NCBI GenBank assembly: GCA_028534125.1
Contig: CM052817.1
Coordinates: 43,650,001 to 43,714,000, forward strand
Source of the DNA: Lama glama
Lineage: Eukaryota
Reading direction: 5' to 3'
DNA: 64,000 nt
Below, one piece after another: positions 38,056-52,245 of this stretch. The notes under the pieces were generated by a model. That model was given only the letters and a program-made list of their open reading frames with translations. It did not search any database and was not told where the DNA came from. Position 1 is the stretch's first letter, and every line of letters begins with the position of its first letter. The translations under genes and the position numbers were made by a program.

Positions 38056-40807
38056 CTATGAAAATTAAAGCTATATCCTCCACTTTAGCTTCACTGATTA
38101 AAAAATTAAAAACCGATATTTTTACTTCTATACTTATTCTTTGTTTCAGAGCTGGGGAGGAGAAGAGTTCTTTCAAGCACCCAAAACTTAGTAAACTTCC
38201 ATGCATATCTCATTGCCCACAACTAGGTCATATTCTCACCCCTAAACCAATCCCAGCAAGGGAATATAAACTTCCTAATTAGCTTGCAACTAGGATTTAC
38301 ACAAGTCATGTGGGAAATGGGTGGGAACTGGAAAAAAAATTAGGACTTTGCCAGTAAAGAAAAGGAGAAAAGGGGCTGTTGAGTAGAGACCCTAGGATTT
38401 ATAGCTCCTACCTTTTAGATCACATGGAAGTTGATCAATAAATATCTGGAATCCAGATGGATCTACTGCTAAATACACCCACAGCAAACATGAGGAGGAG
38501 AGGGTTTTTCTAAGTCACTAATTTCAGGCTAGGATTTTTTTCTGTTTCTGTTCTCTCATCTCTTAGATCAAATTCCCTCTAGATTATAGGGAAGCTCAGT
38601 ACAGCAAGAGCACCAAAGAATAAGTATATCTGTTAATAATTCTCTCCCACTCACTATTACAAAACCATTTCAAGAATGTAAGGTACAAAAATCTATGAAA
38701 TCTCCTCTCCAGTGTAGACACCCTCCTCTCCCCAACCCCTCCCACACCCATTCAATTTCCCCTTGGAAGAAAAGAATGACATAAATTTAATAAGTAACCA
38801 ATCTTGGGAGCTGTCAGGAAGGAACTCACAGGTCATGGCCCAAACTCAAGCATCTCCTGGGTATTAACAATAAACTGTCTCTTACTATGAAAGCTTTTGC
38901 CTTCCTTCTTCCTTTCACTTAGTTTATAAACTCTGGGAAACTAAGAAATTATTGCTAAAAAGAATTTGGCTGGCATACCAGAGGATATGTACTTATTTTA
39001 CATGAAACTGCTCAGATTTTTAAAAATTATTTTGTGCTGATTTTATATTTAAGTGCCCCTTCCTGTCACAGAAGCAAAATGCCATCCATATGAAACTTTC
39101 AAAGCCAACTTCTCTTCAGAAATTTGCCATTCAAATTCTAAGAAAACAGGGGCTGGCTTAATTCGTACCTGTCATTGGCTATTTATATATTATCTTTTCC
39201 CTTAGTAAGCAGAGGGCTTTAAAAAGTAAGTAACTCTTACAAGATAACATCATAAGGTGTCATCAATGAGTGACAGTTCTCTTCTAGGGGATATATACGT
39301 ACACATATGTAAATGTATATGTATAAAATAAGCATGTATATATACACATATATTTTGTGGTTATAAACAGACAAATGAAGAAAAGTAGGTATCAGATTGT
39401 AAGGCAATGTGGAGCAAAAATGACACAAACTTAAAAAAAAAAGTGTGTGGAATGTATGGTCTGACCAGAAAATTAAGATATATGATCATGCAAAGCATAT
39501 TTTGAACAAATTAATATGGCTGCCATGCTCAGCTGCATCTTCTAAATTCAAAACAAAGCATGAGAAATGTGTTTGTTAACTTAAAACATCTGTTCTTACC
39601 ACAAGAATATGAATAAGAACGAAAATGCATAGGATTATTCATCAATAAAAGCACAAAATCTCTTGTATTATTCTTCTCATGCAATTATTCTCAGAAGATA
39701 TGAATTCTTAGAAGAGGAACGGCGGGCAATTTATAAAAACCCAGCAAAGAAAAAAGAATCATCTGAGGCACGTAGAGCCCAGTTCTCACCGCCTGTTATC
39801 CAAAGGTACAAAATTGGTCCCTTTGAAGAAATGCACAGGAGAAATCGTTGTATACTCTGAGGTCAGGAGATTTTCTCACGCCCTCTAAGGGCTTCCTTAA
39901 GGCAGAAACACACAGCTCTAATCTTCAGTCCACACAAGTCAGAACCCACGTTAGAAAGGCTTTTGCAAATCATCTAGACCAAGCCACTATTATCTCATTT
40001 ATGATACTGGCTGTCCAGTCTCCACTTGAATACCTCTAGTTAAAGGAAGCTCATTACTTCTCAAAATTTATTCCAGCACCTAGCACAGTGATGATGTGCT
40101 ACTGATTTTCTGCAAAAAAAAAAAAAATTAGTTTCTACCTCAGAATAATTACATTTTAATAAAGAGTAGCCCCCCACTTAAAAACATATCACTCAGTATT
40201 TAAAAATAAATGAAGAATCCTTAAAAAATGATGAATTCTTGTTATACTATAATGGAGAACAGTGATAGCCTACAATACCCAATAGTACTCTCATGGGAAA
40301 TTAAGGAATAGCTGGTTTTATTGATTCCCTTCTGAATATGCCCACAAGATGCCAAGTACTCCCCCGACTGCTGAGAAGTTCAGGGTGTTTAAAAGCAGCC
40401 GACCAGACAAGATTCATGAAGTGTTTAGTGGGGACTTTGAGCACTTAATAGGGAAAGCTTCCCAATTCTCTTCATTTTTCTTCCCCATAGAAACCTCTTG
40501 AGCTTGTTGATGAACACCAGCACTGACACCAAGCTGAGACATTCTCATTTCTGTGGGCTCCCTCTCTTGTGTTATGGTTTCAAGTAAAAGAAAATAATGC
40601 TATATAGCACAGCAACTTTTGAAAAGAACACCAGCACTGAAGAGCTCTAATCATCTCCTTTAAACCACCTTAATTTTAATTCATAAGGTTTACAGATTAG
40701 ACTAGACATTTTCCATTTTTTTCCACCACAATATACAGTGAGTAACACTCCCAGGAATATATCAAACTTTGACAAAACACCAAAAATATTTTGTAAAAAT
40801 TTTAATA

Positions 40808-41535
40808 GATGCAAATCAAAACCACAATGAAATATTACCTCAAAACTGTTAAAATGACTATTATCAAAAAGACAAAAAGACAAGTGTGGACAAGGATGTG
40901 GAGAAAAAGGACCTCTTATACACTGCTGGTGAGGATGTAAGCTGCTGCAACCATTATGGAAAACAGTATGGAGGGTCCTCAAAAAAATTAAAAATAGAAT
41001 TACTTTATGATCCAGCAATCCCACTCTGGGAATATGTCAAAAAAAATGAAATCAGGATCTTGAAGAGATATCCGCACTCCTATGTTCAAATAGCATTATT
41101 CCCAATAACCAAGATATGGAAAGAGCCTAAATCAACAGAAGAATGGAAAAAGAAAATGTGAGATATATATATAATGTCTATATATATATATAGCGCCTTA
41201 AAAAAGAATGAAATCCTGTCATTTGCAACAACATACGTGGACCTGAAGGACAGTATGCTCAGTGAAATAAGCCAGATGCAGAAAGACAAATACAGCATGA
41301 TCGCACTTATATGTGGAATCTTAAATAGTTACACTCATGGAACAGAGAGTAGAATGGTTGGCAGGAGGTAGGGGGAGATGTTAGTCAAGGGGTACAAGGT
41401 TTCACTTATGCAAGACAAACAAGTTCTGGGGATCTACTGTACAACAATGTGACTGTAACTAACAATACTGCACTATATACTTGAAAGTTGCTAAGAGAGT
41501 AGATCTTAAGTGTTCTCACTATGAAAGGAAGGAAG
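40808..41535 (+). mobile_element. L1MA-type 3' fragment lacking its extreme 3' end
   Basis: 'atgcaaatcaaaaccacaatg...aaagttgctaagagagtagatcttaagtgttctcac'. Confidence 0.88.
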
Positions 41536-42150
41536 AAGCAATCCCACTTTTGGGTATATATTTGGAGGAACTCTAATTCGAAAAGCGACATACACCCCAG
41601 TGTTCATAGCAACATTATATACAATAGCCAAGACATGAAAACAACCTAAAGGTCCAACAACAGGTGACTGGATAAAGAAGATGTAGTTTATTTATACAAT
41701 GGAATACTATTCAGCCATAAAAACCGACAACGCCATTTGCAGCAACATGGATGCTCCTGGAGAATGTCATTCTAAGTGAAGCAAGCCAGAAAGAGAAAGA
41801 AAAATACCATATGAGATCGCTTATATGCGGAATCTAAAACAAACAAAGAAACAAACAAAGCATAAATATAAAATAGAAACAGATTCATAGACATAGAATA
41901 CAAACTTGTGGTTGCCAAGGGGGTAGGGGGTGGGAAGAGACAGATGGGGATTTCAAAATTGTAGAATAGATAAACAAGATTATACTGTATAGCACAGGGA
42001 AATATATACAAGATCTTATGGTATCTCACAGAGAAAAAAATGTGACAATGAATATATATATGTTCATGTATAACTGAAAAATTGTGCTCTACACTGGAAT
42101 TTGACTTTGTAAAATGATTATAAATCAATAAAAAATGTTTAAAAAAAAGA
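41536..42150 (+). mobile_element. Young camelid-type L1 3' end
   Basis: 'ctggagaatgtcattctaagtgaag...gggaaatatatacaagatcttatgg...aaattgtgctctacactggaa' plus A tail. Confidence 0.9.
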
Positions 42151-42164
42151 ATTTTAAAGCCCTA

Positions 42165-42381
42165 GAGCTGCACAGCCCAATACAGTAGCCACAAACCACA
42201 TGTGGCTGTTTACATCTTAATCTTAATTAATTAACATTCTGCAAAATCTAAGTTCAGTGCCTCAGTGTCACTAGCCAGATCTCAAGTGCTCAATAGTTCC
42301 ATGTGGTTCATGGCTACCATACTGGACAACGCAGCTCTGGAACATCTCCATCACACACAGAGTTCCATTGGCTAGCACTGT
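42165..42381 (-). mobile_element. MER3 hAT-Charlie MITE
   Basis: 'ccaatacagtagccacaaaccacatgtggctg...ctcaagtgctcaatag...ctaccatactggacaacgcag'. Confidence 0.85.
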
Positions 42382-42399
42382 GCTAAGGAATCTTGGAGA

Positions 42400-43150
42400 G
42401 GATCTACTCCAACTCTCTCATATTACAAATTTAGAAACTAAGAACTCGTTTCATTCAAGTGACTTACTCAATACCACACAACTAGTAATTACAGAGCCAG
42501 GACCCAAACCAAGAAACAGCCTGGCTTCCATTACGCAGTCATGTCCACTTCGACATCTTGTTGCCACCTAGGTGACGTGAGTGTCTGTTCCCTGCCCAGC
42601 ACAGTTCTGGGTTCTTTCCCAGGCGCACTCTCAGGTAGTCCTCACACCAACCCTATGAGGAATATAATCCCCACTATATAGATGACGCAACTGGGACTTG
42701 GCTGTTTAAAGTATCATATCTGAGGCCACATAGCAATTATGGAGCAAAACCAAGATTTAAATTCCAAAGCCTGGATCTTTCTACCACACTATACAATATA
42801 TAATGAACACTCCACATTTTAATTCTTCTTGAAAACTTTTTCTTCATTTTAAATGTGCTGAAAGTTAGTGCCCCACTTTGCTCATTTTGTCAGCATTTGT
42901 GAACAAAAGTATTCCAAGGAGGACAATCCCAACACTCAACACTTTTGATCCAGGGGAGAAGAGTCGCCGTGTCCACCTCTGCCAAGCGTAACTGCTTCAG
43001 AGCAACAATAACAGCAGCTGACCTTGCCTGCAGGTCACAAGCACTGGGCTAAGTGCTTCCCACCGACCTCCTCTGCCCTTCATAACAACTCGATGGAGTA
43101 AATCGTTCCTCACATTTCAGACATAAAAACGGAAGAGGCCAACCATCCAC
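42400..43150 (-). mobile_element. Cluster of MIR fragments
   Basis: MIR cores at ~42400-42530, 42580-42790 and 43000-43145. Confidence 0.55.
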
Positions 43151-43994
43151 CCCCAGGAAGAACCTATAAAGGAGAATTGTTGGCTCGTGGTGATGCCAAA
43201 GGCAAGTGAAATTCTTTTTACTCAATATAGATAGAAAAAAAAAAAAACAGGAGATAAGTGAAAACTTTGAAATTTAAAAAAAAAATCTATTTTCTGCCTC
43301 GCACTTGAAGCTCCTGTCACAGTTAAATATATTAACTAAGTCGTTTCCCTCTGATGGATTCCTGATTTAATACAGTCACACTCTCTCTCCCGCCAGGGCT
43401 GACTATAGAGAAAGTCCTGCGAGCCCAGCGGTATTGCAGGGTAAGAAACACACCCCCAAACTGATGACACAGTGTTTCTAAAGGCAAAGGAGCTTCCTGG
43501 GTATTTTAAGTCCCTTCTGGTAATTTCTGACCTGAGAAAGGCAGGAAAGACAGTGTTAAAAGAAGAAGAGACAACTGAAGTCAGTTCACAACTGAGAGAT
43601 GCTTACATGGGGCTTAGAATCAAATTACCCCAGAGTGTCACCACAAGTCCACAGAGCTGTCAAAAGTTGGGAAAGATGACACGTTGTTGGGGATGTGTGC
43701 GGGTACATGTATGTAATACAGCATGTATTATATATTAAGATGGAGTGATCCCTCAATGTTCCCTGCATTGTGTGGTGACTTCAGTGCGCACTAGGGCAGG
43801 AGAGCCTCAGCTAAATGGAAAGGGGTTAGCCAGGGACAGCTGGCTCTGTAGGAGGTCAGGACAGAGACTGGCAGAGACAACTGTGTGGCAGGTGCAGCTG
43901 GGAGGGAGTGGGCATAGAAGGCTGAAGGGGAAATCAGATCGCTGTGTTCGAAGACAACAAGCAGGCTGGTGTGGCTGTGAGAAACAGCAGGGTT

Positions 43995-44450
43995 GGTGTC
44001 AGAACCGGGTTGGAACTCCCTCTTCCTCTAACGCTGACCAGCAGTGTGATTTTGAGTAAGTAACTTACTTAGGCTTTCAGAGCCTCAGTTTCCTGATCTG
44101 TAAAAATAACACCTATTTCCTGGGATTGTGGGGAGTATGAAATATACAGTAGGTGCTGAATAACTGTCCCTTCTTCCTCTTGTTCTTCTTCTCGGTTGTA
44201 AAGAGGAATTTTATTATTGCAGAGAAATGCATGCCAGGCACTGCACCTGGGTGTCTTCCCCACATTATCTTTCTTATAAAAACACTTCAGGAGAGGCTCT
44301 GTGTATCCCCATTTCATATAAGAGGTGACAGAGATTCAGGAAGGTTATGTAACTTGGTTAGAGCTGGTTTGCAGCAGACGAGGAAGAGTCAGAACAAAGT
44401 CGGTTGGACAACAAAGGCCGTGAACATTCCACTCTATCTGGCAGCTTCCC
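43995..44450. mobile_element. Two MIRs in opposite orientation
   Basis: 'gagcctcagtttcctgatctgtaaaa' (+) and 'atgccaggcactgcacc...atccccatttcatataagagg' (-). Confidence 0.75.
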
Positions 44451-45279
44451 AGGCAACAAGTGATGAGATGGAAAAGGTGTCAGCGGAAGGAATCCTCACA
44501 AGACAAGCTGCAAGTTAGCATCTAGCAACCAGGACCTGGATCCATGCTCTCATCTGCTTGGGATGTTTCATGGAATTCTGGGTAAGGCTGATGCTTTGTC
44601 ATTTTCAACTAGACCTTACTTTCCGCTTCTGGTTACTCACCTGAGAAACGAAGGAAGCCCAAGAATTTCACACCCCTGCCCCAGTTTCCCTACCTATAAA
44701 ATGGAGAGTTTGGACCACGTGACCTCGGAAGTCACTCCGAGCTCTAAAACATACGGGGGTAGAATTCACAGGGTTTGGGTCTGGACACGACGCCATTATC
44801 CTCAAAGCCAGCTCCAGACTGTGAAGCCTCTCATCGCAGAAATCCTCTCACCCAGGGAGTTGTTTAATCAGAGAATCCTGGAACAGTATGCGAATGTTCT
44901 TAAACTCTATTTTAATTCAAAATACATAAATGCACATGCATTCAGTTTCACTGATGCAGGTGCAAGGCTTTTCTTCAAGACCAGGCCGGGTGGAGAGAAA
45001 GCAGCAATGAATTACACAATTAGCTATGGCCAGAACGCATCATGCCCACTTCTAGTTTGAAATTCCTTAAAGTGGAAAGAGAACTTAAAGTGGCTGCAAA
45101 TAAATCCGAATAGAGAATCTCCCTGGATCTTTGTTTCTTCCCCCATCTTTTATAGCTGTTTCTCTTACACTTAATTTGACAGCAAATTTTTAGTGACTCA
45201 CCTCTTTTTAAAGTATTCGACACAGTTTCCCTAGAAACAGGAGTGCTATTTCTTTTCATATTCACCTTTCAGCAGTTTA

Positions 45280-45835
45280 ATTAAACTATAAGTCAGATTT
45301 TGTCATTCCTCTGCGCTAGCTCCTCCAGTGGCTCACCCACCTGACTGAGAGGACGTCCACACAAGGTCCCATGTGCTCTGTCACTGCCCACCTCTCTGAC
45401 CTCCTGCCAACCTCCCCCTGCCCCAATCAAGCGCTCCAGCCACACTGACCTCCACACTCCTTCAAATAGCCAAGCAAGCTCCTGCTCCAGACTTTACACT
45501 TGCTGTCCCCCTCTCAGGAATCCTCTTCCCCTACATATCCAGGGCAGCCAGGTCTCAGTGCCCTCCTTCGGGTCTTTGTTCAAATGTCACCTTACCTTCT
45601 CAGGGAGGCCTTCCTTATCCCCCTCTTTCAGGTAGCCACCCTCGTCCCCAGTTCAGCCTTTTCTATCTCCCCACCCCGTGCTATTTTCCCCCATAGCACT
45701 TATCTGCCATTCTAAATACTCTACTCGTTAGAATCTGAGCTTCAGGAGGGCAAAGATTTTGTCTATCCAGTGATGCATTCTCAGTGCCTAGAATAGCAAG
45801 TCTACAGTTGTCACTCAATAAATATTTGTTTAATA
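45280..45835 (+). mobile_element. L2a-like 3' end
   Basis: 'ctccagccacactgacctc...caaatgtcacct...cagtgcctagaatag...cactcaataaatatttgtt'. Confidence 0.88.
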
Positions 45836-46129
45836 ATAATCTTTATTGTTGTGGTAAATATATTGTCTTTCTGACTGAGCTGCATAAGTGCAATAAAAAG
45901 CACATCAGGCTGGAGAGGTGAAGGAATGCACTTAGCAGAGTCTTGGTAAGCTGAGAAGCTGCTGGAGGGGTGAGGAGTGGGCCGGTGCACACACCTTGAA
46001 CTTGTTCGAACCAAACCGACCTCTCTACATACTTCACGCTTTCACACTCAAATGTACAACACCACATAGCCACATCAAACACAGAAGGTGGTCTAGCCAC
46101 TTTTCTTCAGATTCGGGCAGAACAACAGA

Positions 46130-46335
46130 CAGAAGACATGTTGTTTTGTTCTGGTCCACCCCTTCATAGTCAATTACCTTTAGCAAATCACTCTCTCTCA
46201 TCCCTGGTCCTTCATTAAAAAGGGGGAGGGTGTAAAATAACATGGGGCCCATCTATTTCACTGGTGTACTGTATGCATTGGATGAATCCATAGATACGAA
46301 AATATATTGAAAAGCTATGAAGTACTCTGTACAAT
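46130..46335 (+). mobile_element. MIR fragment
   Basis: Degenerate core 'cctttagcaaatcactct...ttcattaaaaagggg'. Confidence 0.45.
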
Positions 46336-49300
46336 AAGCAGTTTTCTTTGTATTAAGATGGACAAGTAACTTGTCTTATGATATCACTACAGCTGCCTAA
46401 AACTGATGATGCACTTTGATTTTAAAATGATTCCTAAAATGCATTAAAGAATAAACAGGAGGAAAAGTAGGCTTTTAAGGTCATGGAATGAGAAACAGAG
46501 TGGAAAATGGCTTTTTTCCTGATTCTTTAATAAAAAAAATATAAGGAAGGAAAAAACCCATAAATCTCCAGAGCAGTAACTATATTACATGAAGTTCAGA
46601 TTCAAGACTACTACTATGAACACCTATAATTATCTAGACTCAAGATATATCAAATATTTCTCATCTATTTCAATAGCACAAGGATAATCCAAGATGGCAT
46701 ATTAGTATCATACATGTCAATAGCGGGTTGGGATGTAAATGAGCAAACCCTTTCCAACCACCTGAGTTCTGTTTTTATTACAGCATTTATTAAACCAGAA
46801 TAAAAAGTGGTGAAGAATGACTTGTCACACCATTTATTAGAGTTGATGGAGTGTAGACGGTCTTTTCAATAAGGCCTTAACACACTGTTATGCACCACAG
46901 TACATTATTAATGAAAAGAAATGCAGGAGACTTGCATCAGTTTTTTCCCCCAAGTCATCCTGACATTAAATTCAAAATCAATTCTACTCTATGTGGCAAA
47001 GGTTCATAGATAAAATTTTAATTTGTTTGTTGTTTACCAAAACTTACATGTCTAATTCAAAGCACCAGTCAGGAGCTTCCATATTGTACTCAATAATCGT
47101 ACATTTTTTTGGAGGGGGAGTTCAAAGGAAGAAGCAAATGCAACAGGAAGATAAACAAATTGTGCCCTAGTTCATATGTGACAAGAGAATAAGATCTAAT
47201 TTTCTCTCTGATTGAAAGAACTCACAGGGCAGCCATGGAATGCAAATTGTGTTGGGGGTTTGAACTGCTTTTCCAATACTTGAGTATCCAAATGGAACTA
47301 ATTCATTCTGGAAAAGGTATTAAGTAATTGAGCATGATTGTGCCAGGGTGAGGGATAATCCTCAAACTGTGAAGGAAAATAAACATATTTCACAATGACA
47401 GGGTCACCGCACTCACTCAGTACCCTCAATCAAGCATTTTACATTCAAAAGAAATAAACCAAACATATGAAGAATGACCTACCGCCAACAAGGAGCCCTG
47501 ATAGACACAAGCACCTGTAGGGAAAAAATAGAAAACAAGAATTAAAAGGGATGCATAGCAGACCAATAAGCACTGCCCTGGTCAGCTTAGACTGAAATTG
47601 CATCTTATATGAATCACAATCAACAAACTGTGCTTTTTCCAAAATCTTAAAAGCTTGAGCATTCTGTCCATGAGGAAATAATCCCATACACCAAAACAAC
47701 ATTTCTTGGAGATGCATGAGGAAAAGTTTTATCAAAATTTCTTATCTGAATTTTAAGATAAATGTATTTATAATGGCATGCTGTAAATACAGTGTATTCT
47801 CCTATATGACTAATCAGTGAAGCCTCCATAATCTAGTCCCAATTTACTTATCAAAGCTTCTCCGCCACTCTTTGCTTATACAAATTCCTCATTCCAACCT
47901 AAGAGGCCAACTTAGGATCTTAGGATAATACTTTCATATCTCAATGCCTTGGCTGATTTTTGTTTCCTGCAGGAGATACACTTGGTCTATTCAAGTTCCT
48001 TGAACTTGATTCTGTCTTCTTTGTGAAGCTGTCCAGCCCACATTATATTTTTTCTCAACCAATTTTTGAACAGCACAACAGGTGTAGATTTAATCTACAA
48101 ACATGTGGGCAGTCTGCTAACAGCTACTATCCCAGAAACTGGGGCTGCAAAACAGACTAGAATAGCATACACACACCAAGGCAGAAATACACCTTGACAA
48201 CTGTGCCACGCTTGTTGTCCAGAGGGAAGGACACGTTTTACTGCAATGCTTGGCCTCCAACAGATCATTCATGAAGTCTCAATAGTACCAACTTCTCAGG
48301 AAAGGATTGCTCTACCTTATCCACCACTAATGGAATTAAGAACAGTCTTCAAGGAAAATAAGACGGCTATTTACACTTGGGGTTTGAATCAAAGATCTCC
48401 ATGGGTAAATTTATTGAAATGACTTTTGTGCCCTTTACATACAAATAAGAATAACTTGAGATAAAACCATGGGAGGAAATACTTCGTAACTGACTTATTT
48501 TTCTTCAAGAAATCCTATTCGAAAAACAGTATTTCAGTCCATGGCATATCATAAGATAGGAGATATATATATATACACACACACGCATAACACATATATG
48601 GATATAGGTATGTATAAAATATCATATATAACTAAAAAAAATCAACACAATTCAATTCTTAAATTACTTAAGTGGACATGTTTAATTATTTCTGATGTTT
48701 AAAAGTTAAACATAAAGATGATCACTTAGGAACAATTTAACAAAATTTAACCTTTAAAACAAACAAACAAAATTTAATCTTTAGACAAGACCATCCTCAA
48801 AAAATTGTACTGGTTTCCTCCACAGTACTACCTTCCAAAAGCCAGTATCTTTTCAAAGCTCCAAAAGGAATCAGGTGTCTTAGGAAGTATCCAAGTACTC
48901 ATATCAAAACCCATTTCTGGAAATTTAGACAGACGTTACAAACTCCCTGTAACATGAAAAAATGAAGCACTGAGGGCGGCACTACATACACACTTGGATA
49001 AGCCAAACACCTGCTAGAAACTCAAGTCAAAACTATGTGTAACTGCTGATAAATTCCATCATTAGGGAAAGCAAATAACTCAATTTGGGTTGCTTGAGGA
49101 TGTAAAATTCTAAAAGAAATAAGCTTTGGCCTCTGAGGGCTTTCCTAAAACACAACAGCTCTACCCGGAAGGCAGCTGCAGAAATGAGTCTCCATTAACA
49201 TAGCTTCCAAAATTCATTGCTTCCCTCTGGAGAAAGGAAAGCATTCCACTGTGATGCCCAGGCCCATCAAACATTCATCACCACCCAATGCCAGATGCAG

Positions 49301-50754
49301 TCCTCCAAAGCAAGCATATTTCTCCCACCCTGGCACACGCTTCACACCCACCAGCAGACAAAGGCGGGAGGTCTGCTAGCATTGAGTGCTGGGTGTGGCT
49401 TCTGGTTCTGCCTTTTCACTAATCAATCAACTCATATACTTTGGAAAACAAAGTTACTCTCTCCACTCGTAACTTCTTTTCTTGAGGAGTCCTGGAATGT
49501 CTGCAACTCTATCTGAGGTGTGGATTTGGGCTTTACTTGAACTTGAAAGGAAACTCCGGCTTAAGAGGAATTCTGACTATGATGCAGATCTAGGAGAAAG
49601 AGGCCTTCTTCAAGGGAAAATGAGAAAAATAAGAGAAGAGGAACTGGAGATCTCTGACCAAGAACTTTGCTAGTTTCAGGGCATGGAACACAGCTGAGGT
49701 GGCGAGTAATTTAAGTTCTGACAACTGTGAGAAACTGCGTAAAGGTTTGCAGGGTGAAGTGATCACACAGTGCGAAGGAGAAAGCTGAGATATTGAGACC
49801 TTCTTCCCATGTGGTTGGTACTTTCCTTGCACGTCACATAGACAAAATGTTACTTCATATTTATTTAAACAACAAGTAAATGTCTGCTTTTAAGCCCTCT
49901 GGCACATAATGATGTACTCTATTACGAGACACCTCTATAAAATCTGAAGTGTTCAGAGGAAAATTTGAGATACAATTTGTACCAGTACTCACACCCTGCA
50001 ACTATTCTCTACAGAAATCATATCTGGTAAATTGAGTGTATTAGAGATGTTTAATCTAAAAGTCACAAAATATCAGACCCATTAGTTCAAAGAAATAGTG
50101 GCAGATATGACCATGAGATATGAAGAAATGTGGAGAGCATGATATCACAAAAACATGACTCATTAGAAGCAGCCACAAGTTGGCATTTAAATGTTCAAGC
50201 TTAATGTTCTGCTATAATTCAGCATATGGCTTGTACACTGTGGAACAGTTAAAATAGAATCGTTTTCTGGACTGACAGGATAGCTCATGTCCTGATTACT
50301 GTCAACCAGGAATCAGATCAATTAATAGAGTAGTTAAAATGAAAACGAGCTAACTGTTCTTGAACTATAGTATGATTTGGTGCACGCCTTCAAATATGCC
50401 ATGTGGAAGTCCCCTCCCCTCTGCTGAGCCAAGTGGTGGAGAGTATTTTATGACTACTTGTGTCTGAGTAAAATTGAGTGATACGGCCACTCAAGTCCAC
50501 AACAGTGAATACAGATGGCTGTGTCTTCACTAAAGAATTTATATGCAGAGGGTAACACCCAGAATCTGATCCCCAGAGGAGAATAGAAATGTAATATGAT
50601 GGAAATAAGACCCTATGACAATACAACACCTCTTTATTTCCACTAGTAGGTAGCTGCAAAAGCTATAAGATGCAAAGTTGCTATTATTCAATATTGGGAA
50701 ACCCACCAAGTACCAATGTTCACATATCCCTACTGCTACTTACCTACACTAATT

Positions 50755-52245
50755 ATTTCTAGGTATGCAAACTCCTCGAGGGCAGGTATTATGATTTCTT
50801 GATGTCTATATGTCCCTAGCAGACACAATCTGATACATAAACTCTCAATAAAGATTTGTGGGATGAAAGAATGAAGAGATGGGCTACTTTTCCCAGCCGA
50901 TGTCTTTCCTTCCTTAACATTGAGTTTTAAGCGTTGAATCTTACACAGAAGGAACTCTCCAGCCAAGAGTGGAACCAAAAATGCTGATCCACCCATAAAT
51001 AAAACACAGTGGCTATCAGATGATCCTTTTCAGTGTAGTCTGTTAATGGCATTTAAAGGAAAAAGCCTGGAAGATTGTGCAATTGGCTAAAGTCATATTG
51101 GGAGTGATGGACACAGACTACAATTCAGTTCTCTCAACCTCCAATTGAAGAATCTTTCTCTAGCACCAAACCAACATGTTCTATCTAGTGTAACTTCACA
51201 GGATTTCCATGGGTCAACACAACTCAAGACGTGCTTCTCCAGAAAATATCATGGATGAGTTCGTCTGATTCAGAAAGCAGCCATGTTTGCTAGATGTTTC
51301 TCTGTGACCTCTTGTTTTCAGTAAGTTCCCAAATCATAGTAGTTTGTCAGCTTGGCCATATAAGACAATGTAAAATCACACTGCCAATAATCTGCTTGTA
51401 AAACTTCATTTTTCTTTTAATAATTAAAATAAAATTCAGAATCAGAGAGTTGCATCTGACCACAAAGAAGGCAGCAAATATTGATCTTTTTGCTTTTTCT
51501 ATCCTGTATGATTAGCAGAAGTATTTTAGAGCTATCACCTAGCAGACTTCTGCATTTGGTAAATAACAGACCACAGCCCAAAAAGTTAGGTGGTTCATTC
51601 AAGGTCACATAGCAACCTATCAGAGAGGCCAGTCTGAGCTTATTCAAAATGTGATTTGGCAATATTCGCTCACCTGACTACTGCTTTTTAGCATATATTT
51701 TGTACTAGGAGCTGAGTTGGAGACATTAGGATAACTAGAAGCCATCCTATGCCCTCAGTGAGCAGAGAGTTAAGTGAGGAAGGTTGCACTTTATCAACTA
51801 TAATTGTAGAATTATTAACTGGTGTAATAGAAGCATGTACGCGGTGAGCATTGAGAAGAAAATGACAAACTCTGCCACGGCCTGGTCAGCAAGAGTATCA
51901 CAGAGCAGGTCACACCAAGAGAGGCACACGTGAATGCTTCTTTTTCATTTGTTGTAAATGCGTCTTTTCCATTTTTAAAAATCACTGCTAAGGCTAATAA
52001 TAAAGCTTGAGTAAATCTCTAAGATCCTTAAGTGTTCCGTCTTTGACCTCAATTCTCTTATTTTCAAGAGAAAGAAAATCCTGAAGGAACCAAATCAAAG
52101 GTCTCATGGGGGGGGCTGTGGGACTGTTTGATTAAATTAACTAAATAAGATAAAGTATGTAAAAGTATGTAAAAGGCTTAGCATAGTGCCAAGCAAATAG
52201 TATGTGCTCAATAAACGTCCGTATTCATTCATTTACTCATTATTA
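50755..52245. mobile_element. Scattered L2 and MIR fragments
   Basis: L2 end ~50755-50880; MIR ~51570-51680; L2 ~51690-51910; MIR ~52100-52245. Confidence 0.55.

Noticed and set aside
44563..45060. 165-aa plus-strand ORF
   Set aside because: Includes MIR-like sequence, no recognisable protein family, antisense to the inferred gene
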